Virus record (IMG/VR): IMGVR_UViG_3300020044_006193
Location: 1 to 37,876 of that record
Length of the DNA stretch: 37,876 bases
From: a virus
Lineage: Duplodnaviria > Caudoviricetes
Strand: one strand, 5' to 3'
A model generated the notes under the pieces. That model saw only the letters and a list, made by a program, of their open reading frames with translations, ran no database searches and had not been told where the DNA came from. Positions 1-7,068 of this stretch are shown here, piece by piece (the first letter of the stretch is position 1; every line of letters begins with the position of its first letter). A program made the position numbers and the translations under genes.

Positions 1-2733
1 TGCTGACGTTGTTGCCACAACAATAGTCTGATCATCGTAGTACGCTGCATTTGCCGCATCGACGACACGAATCACCCCAGTTGCTGTGACATGTGCTGCT
101 TCAGGTGTCCACGAATACGCACCGTCGTTTGCAGTGCCTGAAGCAATCGTGATCGGAAAAGTTCCGCCGTTGTCTTTGCTCAACTGAATGTTGACCGTCG
201 AGCTGATTCCTACCGAGGTCCAGCCAATTGCGGAAGCAGTGCCGACTAAAGCGACTGACGACGTGCCCACAGTCACCGCTGTGAGCGATGGGAAGAACGC
301 CGTGATGATTGCGTCGGCCCACAATGCACCAGCGTTATCGACTGTCGTATTACTGGTGAAATGGTAGGCATCGTCCGAGCCGATCGCTGAAAAGTCCGGC
401 CCGAGCAGGACGTTGGAATTATTCCCGACTGCTTCCGTTACTGCATCGCGGATTTTCTGCTCATCAACGTTTGGAATGCCGCTGCTGTTTTGCAGCAGGC
501 ACGACATGAGCTTGATACCACGATCGGCCTGCAGGTCATTGGCGATTGAGTCGAGATGTCCGTTGTAAGTCGCTTGACTCATGAACGCCAGAGCGTCCGT
601 TTCGCCCTGCCACCATAGGACGCACTTCACGCCGCCGATCGCGTTGATGTGGAAGTTCAGGGAACCATACAACGTCGAGCGATCCAAATGATTCGCACCA
701 GATGTGAACGACGTGATGCCGGTTCCACCCTTAGCCACGATCAGGATGCCGATCGGCACACCCAAATCGGCCATCAGGTCTGTCGCCATTTTGTGGCACC
801 AGTGACCGCCAGCACCACCGGAATCAGTCGCGACAGAATCCAAGTACCACGAATCAGAATCTGCGGGATCTGTCAATTCCTGCCAGCCGTTGCCGGTGTA
901 TTGTACCGATCGGAACGAGCCAGAGTATGTCCTGTTTGACGTACCACGCCCGCTGGCATTGCTCTGCCCATAAATCGCGTAGATATCGCCCACGGTCACG
1001 TAACTGGCTGAATCTGTCACGCTGGTTGCATTCGTCAAACGAACTTCCAGCGTTCCTTGGCCTGTTGCCAGTGTCACCGCTTGCGAAAACGTGCCGCCGG
1101 TCGGTGAGGCCACAAGCGTTGCCCATGCACCGCCTGCCCAGCGGTATTGAATACCTCCACCGGCTACAGCGTTTGAATACGTTCCTGTTAGCGTAAACGA
1201 AGCGTTTCCGCTCCCGTCCCGCTGCTTCATTTGGTTATCGACAGGTGACGTCAGGCTAATCGTATCAGCAGGCGTCGACCCTTCCTGATACGCTCCAATT
1301 GACCACGCGAGACCGGACGTATCACGGTCAAACGCCTTCAGGTCAGTCTGAACACCTGATGGCGTTGTTCCGAGGTCTAAACCAGTCTGGTAAATTGATG
1401 CTGTGTTCTTCGGCCTGAAATCGTTTGTGCCGGAATCAGCGAATGTATCGGCCTCGACAATCGACGTGATTGCCCCGGTGCCGGTTGCCGTCGTGTCGGT
1501 CGTGGCGTTATACCCGCGAGTGGCTGCTGCACTCCCCCCAATGCAGTTTTTTGTGCCGCTGGTTGTGTTTCCGACTTTTACGATTACGTTATTTTGATTG
1601 GTGAACGATGTTCCGACGGACTGGATGCCGCCGCACGTGCCGCTGCCAGAGCAGTCGATGTCGTAGATTGTGTTGTTGTACAACCGCCTGGTGACTGCAC
1701 CAGTGCCCGCACTGATCCAAATGCCGTACGCACCCGCTGTGCTTTGCGACTTCCAGTTTGAGATCAGGTTGTTGTGGACATCGGTAGCCGTGCCTGTTAC
1801 CCGAACTCCGGGACAGTCCGCCGCTGTTGGTTGCCCGTTGTTGTAGATCAGGTTATTCCGCACCGTGTGCGTTCCACCAGTGGCAACAGTTTGCAGATAC
1901 ACACCGCTGTTGTACTTGCCGCCGTTTGTCGTGATCTCTAGCCATTCGATCGTCGCCGGCACCGGATTCGTGCTCATGCTGATGTGCACGATATGGCCGC
2001 TGGTTCCTGTCGTGGGTGCTAATCCTCCACCAGTGCCCGGTGTGCCGTTGTGCCGCACTCCGACTGCAGTTGTCAGTCTCACCGAAGCGTAGTTTGTCGG
2101 ATTTGCCGTCAAAGCGAACGTGGAAGCGAACCGCGTAGCGTCACCGATTTCAAATACGATATCGTCGGCTGCAGACGCACCGGATATCGTTCCGGCGTTC
2201 CAAGCCGTAGCAGCAGCTGCTGGCGTAGCGTAATCACCGCCGGATGCTTTGATCGTTTTTGTTATTGTTGCCACGTAAGTGAGATCCAGATACGCAACAT
2301 CAATATAAACTTCTGCATCTGGGCTAAATCCACTGTAGGTCAACTCAAAGGCTGGCGCTGAACCGGATAACTGCCCATAAGATCCGGATATTGTGCAGCT
2401 TGCCCATGTGTAGGTGCTGCCACCAGGTTGATTGATTACCGTTCCGCTATACCACGTTCCATTCAACCGAATTCGGCAACCGGTGATTGATCCGTCACCG
2501 GTCCCATCGATTTTCATGTACAACCACAGTTTTGCACTCGTCAGCGTTCCGCTTTGCGTCGGCGCTGCACATCCCCATTGCTGCGTCGCACTGTCAGTGC
2601 CATTTCGATAGACGATGTCACTCCCCGTCCCTGCAGACGGCTGTATGACCACGTCATCAAATCCAATATAGGACGCTGAAGCGCCCCAACTGGATGTGAT
2701 ATCTGAATTTGGTCTAACTAACTCTACGGCCAT
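1..2733 (-). CDS. Large multi-domain putative adsorption/depolymerase protein (N-terminal beta-rich module, beta-helix-like region, SGNH/sialate O-acetylesterase-like domain); runs off the left edge
   Basis: Manual translation from ATG 2733 (MAVELVRPNSD...) is open to base 1. It has beta-helix-like VRNNLIYNN/VHNNLISN/LYNNTIYD repeats, a DFRP..SIGAYQ motif, and SGNH/SASA motifs GDIYAIYGQSNASG, AKGGTGI, WWQGETD and DAYH. Absent from the ORF track, presumably because no stop lies in the window. Confidence 0.85.
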   Translation of the reverse strand, partial: MAVELVRPNSDITSSWGASASYIGFDDVVIQPSAGTGSDIVYRNGTDSATQQWGCAAPTQSGTLTSAKLWLYMKIDGTGDGSITGCRIRLNGTWYSGTVINQPGGSTYTWASCTISGSYGQLSGSAPAFELTYSGFSPDAEVYIDVAYLDLTYVATITKTIKASGGDYATPAAAATAWNAGTISGASAADDIVFEIGDATRFASTFALTANPTNYASVRLTTAVGVRHNGTPGTGGGLAPTTGTSGHIVHISMSTNPVPATIEWLEITTNGGKYNSGVYLQTVATGGTHTVRNNLIYNNGQPTAADCPGVRVTGTATDVHNNLISNWKSQSTAGAYGIWISAGTGAVTRRLYNNTIYDIDCSGSGTCGGIQSVGTSFTNQNNVIVKVGNTTSGTKNCIGGSAAATRGYNATTDTTATGTGAITSIVEADTFADSGTNDFRPKNTASIYQTGLDLGTTPSGVQTDLKAFDRDTSGLAWSIGAYQEGSTPADTISLTSPVDNQMKQRDGSGNASFTLTGTYSNAVAGGGIQYRWAGGAWATLVASPTGGTFSQAVTLATGQGTLEVRLTNATSVTDSASYVTVGDIYAIYGQSNASGRGTSNRTYSGSFRSVQYTGNGWQELTDPADSDSWYLDSVATDSGGAGGHWCHKMATDLMADLGVPIGILIVAKGGTGITSFTSGANHLDRSTLYGSLNFHINAIGGVKCVLWWQGETDALAFMSQATYNGHLDSIANDLQADRGIKLMSCLLQNSSGIPNVDEQKIRDAVTEAVGNNSNVLLGPDFSAIGSDDAYHFTSNTTVDNAGALWADAIITAFFPSLTAVTVGTSSVALVGTASAIGWTSVGISSTVNIQLSKDNGGTFPITIASGTANDGAYSWTPEAAHVTATGVIRVVDAANAAYYDDQTIVVATTSA
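2222..2273. repeat. 52-bp direct repeat, copy 1
   Basis: ggcgtagcgtaatcaccgccggatgctttgatcgtttttgttattgttgcca, identical to 2866-2917. Confidence 0.97.
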
Positions 2734-2743
2734 TTACTGAGCC

Positions 2744-2881
2744 CTATCGTGACACCGTGCTTTGCGGGTAAGCGTTCCAAGACGGTTGCTTCAACTGCTG
2801 GTCCTTAGCCGCACACATCATCGCCAGATTGCTGCCCAGTGCGACTTGAAGAAACCAGGCTGCAAGGCGTAGCGTAATCAC
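2744..2881 (-). CDS. Small ORF or gene remnant (45 aa from GTG), paralogous to the C-terminus of 2922..3203
   Basis: Reads MITLRLAAWFLQVALGSNLAMMCAAKDQQLKQPSWNAYPQSTVSR*. PSWNAYP is shared with the upstream gene through synonymous codons. Confidence 0.45.
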   Translation of the reverse strand: MITLRLAAWFLQVALGSNLAMMCAAKDQQLKQPSWNAYPQSTVSR

Positions 2882-2917
2882 CGCCGGATGCTTTGATCGT
2901 TTTTGTTATTGTTGCCA
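2866..2917. repeat. 52-bp direct repeat, copy 2
   Basis: Identical to 2222-2273. Here it starts with ATG (2918-2916), giving MATITKTIKASGGDYATP. Confidence 0.97.
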
Positions 2918-2921
2918 TGTA

Positions 2922-3203
2922 TCAGCGGCCTGTTTGCGTTACTGAGGATGGATAAGCATTCCACGAGGGCCCGACACTTCCGGTTGCTGGCGAAGCATCA
3001 GCTTTCTTCTCGTAAAGTACTGCACTGCACATCAACGCACTGAACAACGCCAGCAACCCCGCCAGTTGCAAGTGCTGTTTTGCTTCCCGCAGATTGCGAC
3101 TGACCGCATCCTGATAAGCGGTCATTGTCAGAACTACGATGAACACAGCGTTGACCCACATCAGCACAGCAGCAAATGCACTCGACATTATTTGATTCCC
3201 CAT
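2922..3203 (-). CDS. Small two-TM membrane protein (holin-like candidate)
   Basis: 93 aa with two hydrophobic stretches; overlaps its neighbour in operon fashion. Confidence 0.65.
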   Translation of the reverse strand: MGNQIMSSAFAAVLMWVNAVFIVVLTMTAYQDAVSRNLREAKQHLQLAGLLALFSALMCSAVLYEKKADASPATGSVGPSWNAYPSSVTQTGR

Positions 3204-3355
3204 ACAACAGCCCCGATTGCTAAGGCGACTGTCGTGATTATTAGACTGATGCCCACATAAGGCATGATCGTCCGCATGTTTTCCCGGCTGAGCGTGGCAC
3301 GAAGCGGCCCGATCGTTACCGTTTCCTGTTCTTCGTCTTTTTTCTCATCGGTCAT
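3188..3355 (-). CDS. Small membrane protein with a C-terminal TM helix
   Basis: Probable start MTDEKKDEEQ at 3355; C-terminal hydrophobic helix. Confidence 0.55.
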   Translation of the reverse strand: MTDEKKDEEQETVTIGPLRATLSRENMRTIMPYVGISLIITTVALAIGAVVWGIK

Positions 3356-3486
3356 TTTTTCGTGTCCGGTCTCCGGGATGTTGTTCGATTGAAGTCCGGA
3401 ACGTTCCTTGCCTGCGGTATTGTCTTGCCGGACTCCGCAGGCTTTTTTTATTTCCACCGTACCATTAGACAGAGATCACCTCCCCT

Positions 3487-3789
3487 CTATGGTTCCTGAG
3501 TTTGCTCCCAAAGCCAGCGAGCGATTTCGAGAGCTAACGTTTTCCAGATCAATGACAGAATCAGCCATCCAATCGGCAAGGCCATTCGCACTGCCTCATC
3601 CCGCGTTTTAGGCGGATTGTCCGAAAGCATTGCACGAAAAAACCTGTCTGCAACATCGTTAACGAGCCTGCGTTTTCGTTCCCGGTTCCTTCTATCACGC
3701 TCACCCATCGCCATCGCATGACAGCCGAAATGCCGTTCAGCGTCTTCGGTGATTTGCCTGATTTCTCTGTGCAGAAATGCTGCGGTCAT
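3487..3789 (-). CDS. Hypothetical protein with a C-terminal hydrophobic/amphipathic helix
   Basis: Start MTAAFLH at 3789 is coupled to the upstream stop (TAATG overlap). Confidence 0.7.
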   Translation of the reverse strand: MTAAFLHREIRQITEDAERHFGCHAMAMGERDRRNRERKRRLVNDVADRFFRAMLSDNPPKTRDEAVRMALPIGWLILSLIWKTLALEIARWLWEQTQEP

Positions 3790-4763
3790 TATTGCAACCT
3801 CACAGTCAGGTCCGGAGCACCCGAAAGCAGTAGCGTGACCGATTGTGCGGCAGAGTCGTACTGAATGCCTCGTAAGGCTGCAGTCCATTTCGCCCGCCAT
3901 TTCGTCAGCGTGATTTTTGCCGGTGGATTTAGCGTGATTGTCTTTGCTGTGTCGCTGATGGTCCGGGTCGATGCAGACCACTCGAAAGCAATGCCAGCCG
4001 TTTCATTCGCATATCGGCCCGTTTCAAATATTGTGAATACCGCAGCCGTCGCAGCGTCCGGTGTATCAATGTCGATATTGAGCAGTGCCCAAAATGGCTG
4101 CTGTGCTGCTTCGTCTGACAAGTGAACGACCAGAGCAGCGGCAACGGAATCAACCGTTACCGCTCCCCCGATCACTTCACACGTCACACACGTGCTTTCA
4201 TCACGAAACGTTCTGAGCGTGTTGAACCATGTCAGCAGCGTCTCGTTAGACTTTGCACCGGGATAGCTTGCCGACCTGTCGTATGGAATCCATCGCGGCA
4301 CACCGCCCATGCTTGCAGCCGTTTCAGCGTTCACTTTCTCGATCGCGTACAAATCGGAAGGAATCTTTTCCTGCGAAAGAATTCTTTCTTGCGTGATACA
4401 CCCACCGCACACGAACGAGCCGTCCGACGTGTAGAGCGTTGCCACCGGCCCGGACTGCACAGGACGGCTAAAGGTGATCGACGGCTCAGGAACCGGCTCA
4501 ATAAAATCAGAACCAGCGGGATCTGGAAGCCCGGAGGCAGGTTGCGGTGTGTCCTCCGGCTCAGGGTCAACCGCTGGTTCTGATTCGGAGGGTTCGTTAA
4601 ATTTCGTGCGGATGGCCTGCAGTGCGATAGTGTTCGGGATTATTGGCTCATCCTCCACAAATACCGATGCGGCGCGAAGCTGCTGCTTCGCTTCTTCGAT
4701 GCTGGCTTGCTGCGTTGCATCGACGCATCCCGTCAGCAGGATGATTGCAATGAGATAACGCAT
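3789..4763 (-). CDS. Lipoprotein with a Pro/Glu linker and a thioredoxin/glutaredoxin-like CxxC domain
   Basis: Lipobox MRYLIAIILLTG-C; TLYTSDGSFVCGGC...GGVPRW resembles CxxC plus the cis-Pro loop. Confidence 0.7.
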   Translation of the reverse strand: MRYLIAIILLTGCVDATQQASIEEAKQQLRAASVFVEDEPIIPNTIALQAIRTKFNEPSESEPAVDPEPEDTPQPASGLPDPAGSDFIEPVPEPSITFSRPVQSGPVATLYTSDGSFVCGGCITQERILSQEKIPSDLYAIEKVNAETAASMGGVPRWIPYDRSASYPGAKSNETLLTWFNTLRTFRDESTCVTCEVIGGAVTVDSVAAALVVHLSDEAAQQPFWALLNIDIDTPDAATAAVFTIFETGRYANETAGIAFEWSASTRTISDTAKTITLNPPAKITLTKWRAKWTAALRGIQYDSAAQSVTLLLSGAPDLTVRLQ

Positions 4764-4764
4764 A

Positions 4765-5592
4765 TCAGATCCTCAGAGACTTCTTCAGATCCGCCAGAGT
4801 GAACTCACGTGGCCTGACGTTTGGCATGTCAGAAACACCGACAAACACAGCCCAGCGACTGGTGAGCATTTGGCTGATTGCGTTTGGAGACCACTCAGCC
4901 CAGCCAGTATTCCCCCAGCCTTTGCCCCACGAATTCATCATCCAGCAGTACGGCCTGCCTTGTGAGTCTTTGCGATCCGACAGCGAATACAGGCTGATGG
5001 CATGTCCGCCACCCTGAGCCCCGCTGTAGTTGTTGACCACCGCAGCATCGACGCTTGAATTCCATGTGATCCCGAGATGCACCGCACCCTGTCCAGATCC
5101 AAGAAACGTGCGAATGCCGTCGTAACTGGTCAGCTTGTAGGATTTGCCAATCTTGTATGTTGCTGCGTCTTTTCGCAGTTCCTCTATCGGTCGTGGCCGC
5201 GTTGGCTCGTATCGCCCGGAATAAGGCCAGAGTTCTTCACGGCAGATACCGAATTCCGTCGCCAGTCGAATGCCGCCTTCAATCGTGCTTCCACGGTCTC
5301 CGCTGATCTGGTCAAGTCGCTGCGTCTCGTAGTAACCGTACGCGCGGCTCAGCTGTAGGTCTTCATCGCGTGTTGCGATGACGTAACACCACTCGCATGA
5401 CGAACTGATTGAATGCCCCTGACAACTTCCGACGGAGCCCTGATTTTCAACGCGGAGAACTGACCGAGGATCTACGCTGACTTCGTTGTAAGTGCCACGC
5501 ATGGCAAGCACTGGATCTTCCGCCGGCAAGGCAGCAAGCACGTCAAAGCGTTCCAGATCGATGCGCCAGCCGCCTGTGTGGTGTTCGTTCAC
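4765..5592 (-). CDS. Papain-like (C1 family) cysteine peptidase
   Basis: NQGSVGSCQGHS (oxyanion Gln, catalytic Cys), GGHAI (His), NSWGKGWG (Asn). Confidence 0.92.
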   Translation of the reverse strand: MNEHHTGGWRIDLERFDVLAALPAEDPVLAMRGTYNEVSVDPRSVLRVENQGSVGSCQGHSISSSCEWCYVIATRDEDLQLSRAYGYYETQRLDQISGDRGSTIEGGIRLATEFGICREELWPYSGRYEPTRPRPIEELRKDAATYKIGKSYKLTSYDGIRTFLGSGQGAVHLGITWNSSVDAAVVNNYSGAQGGGHAISLYSLSDRKDSQGRPYCWMMNSWGKGWGNTGWAEWSPNAISQMLTSRWAVFVGVSDMPNVRPREFTLADLKKSLRI

Positions 5593-5996
5593 GGCTTCAC
5601 CTCCAGTTTCGCAGCCAGTTCGCTTTCGGTGTTCGTCGCAATGGCTTCTGCAACAACGTCCGTATAGGCTCCGAAATCATCAGCTCGATTGCGGAAACGC
5701 TGCTTATTGAACCACTCGCCAGCAAGACGCCTGCCATCGTCTGTCGTACCGTCGAACGGCTGCTGTGCGAGTTCTCGCAGAACTGCAACCTGAGTCTTTC
5801 GGTCAGCGTTGTAGGCAGTCGTTAAGACATCCTTGACAACTGGTGCCGGTGGTTCTGGGTCTGGTGTCGGTGCCGCGTCTCGGTTAAAAAACCAAACGCC
5901 AGCCACTACCAGGATAAACAGCAGCAGCGGATTCGACTCCGGCTGCTCATTTGCTTTTGCTGCTGGCACTGGCCACCCCCTTGACCTCAGGTGCAA
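5589..5996 (-). CDS. Membrane-anchored hypothetical protein
   Basis: TM segment LLLFILVVAGVWFF followed by a Pro linker; start may be the GTG at 5969. Confidence 0.75.
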   Translation of the reverse strand: MHLRSRGWPVPAAKANEQPESNPLLLFILVVAGVWFFNRDAAPTPDPEPPAPVVKDVLTTAYNADRKTQVAVLRELAQQPFDGTTDDGRRLAGEWFNKQRFRNRADDFGAYTDVVAEAIATNTESELAAKLEVKP

Positions 5997-6360
5997 CGCC
6001 AGCAGCCGTCGATATCAGCCCGAGAATCTGAGCTTTTAGAGCGGGATCGTTTGTTTTGCTCAGCAGGTCCGTCAGGATCGCGATGAACTCAGCTATCGTC
6101 AGTTCGTTCGGCGTGTCGTCCGGTGTTGCGGGTTTTCGCAGTATTCCGAGTTTCTGCAGGATGCTGATGATTGGCTGGAGTGCAGTCAGTATCGGCTTCA
6201 GCAGCGACTGAAACGGCGTGAGCAATGCAGCTCCGATGATTGCGACCGTCTGCCAGTTGAGGTTTGATAGATCGATTGAAAATCCTGCTTTGTCTTCAGC
6301 GGTGCAGCCTGTGAGACCGCAGAGAAAACCAGCGACGATGAGCCACAGATGCCATTTCAT
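5947..6360 (-). CDS. Putative lipoprotein/membrane protein
   Basis: MKWHLWLIVAGFLCGLTG-C lipobox-like N-terminus plus a further hydrophobic helix. Confidence 0.72.
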   Translation of the reverse strand: MKWHLWLIVAGFLCGLTGCTAEDKAGFSIDLSNLNWQTVAIIGAALLTPFQSLLKPILTALQPIISILQKLGILRKPATPDDTPNELTIAEFIAILTDLLSKTNDPALKAQILGLISTAAGVAPEVKGVASASSKSK

Positions 6361-6629
6361 TGATCGAACCTTTTTCCGCCCGGAAATGAAAACCGGGCTT
6401 TTGGCGTTTGGTAACTCTCAAGAGCCTCGCCAGCATCGTTGCACCGCACACCCAGTGCCCGTAGTGTTCTGGTTTCAGACCAGCCCTCACGGATCTTTTC
6501 GGCGCGTGCGTAGATGATTGCAGTGTTGAGTTCGAAGTCGGCTTGAGCGGGACGCATTGCAGGAACCGGCATCAATGCCAGTTCAGCGTCTATTCGCGTT
6601 GTCGTCTCACGATTGCGGTCGACAAACAT
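6357..6629 (-). CDS. Hypothetical protein
   Basis: 90-aa ORF with an ATGA overlap to the downstream gene. Confidence 0.55.
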   Translation of the reverse strand: MFVDRNRETTTRIDAELALMPVPAMRPAQADFELNTAIIYARAEKIREGWSETRTLRALGVRCNDAGEALESYQTPKARFSFPGGKRFDQ

Positions 6630-6695
6630 TGTGGCGCATCCCGAACGCGGTCACACCGTGCGAAGCTGGCACGGGACAGGCGTATTGGGACTTGC

Positions 6696-6723
6696 AGCAT
6701 CGCAGATTTTTGGAAGTTGTCAA
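6696..6723 (-). promoter_or_regulatory. Possible sigma70-type promoter for the downstream cluster
   Basis: TTGACA-16-GATGCT on the minus strand; weak -10. Confidence 0.35.
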
Positions 6724-6761
6724 CCGTTTTTTGTTTGTACACTAGTTTTAGGTCAAGAGTC

Positions 6762-7068
6762 AGTGACACTCGATCTAAGAAGAAAAACTAAGAGAGAGAC
6801 AACATAGCAGCAAACGAGTGACACACGATAATAATTCCCTCTCCTCTCTCTCTCTCTCTCACCCTTATAGGAAAATTCCCTTTGTTTTTTAATGCGCGAA
6901 ACTACCTATAATGCCTATTGTGTGTAGTCGAGTGTCAGTGACACTCGAAGTGACACTCGACCATTTTTAGTGACACTCGATCGTGTCAATCACCCAAAAA
7001 ACGAAAGAAACCTGCTTAAATGAACAGGTGTCTTTTGTTTTTGATGTCGAGTGGCACCGAGTGTCACT
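6762..7068. repeat. Iteron-like AGTGACACTCGA array, putative replication origin
   Basis: Direct copies at 6762, 6817 (1 mismatch), 6937, 6949, 6969; inverted copies near 6928, 7047, 7058; (CT)n tract at 6835-6860; non-coding, directly downstream of the primase gene. Confidence 0.8.

Noticed and set aside
101-2361. Short ORF-track entries on both strands
   Set aside because: They are shadows of the long minus-strand gene 2733->1
2222-2917. 52-bp repeat pair as a DGR template/variable repeat or a CRISPR array
   Set aside because: The copies are identical with no adenine-specific differences, there are only two, and no reverse transcriptase or cas gene is visible
6762-7068. Repeat array as a CRISPR or mini-array
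   Set aside because: Units are 12 bp, irregularly spaced and in both orientations, which fits iterons
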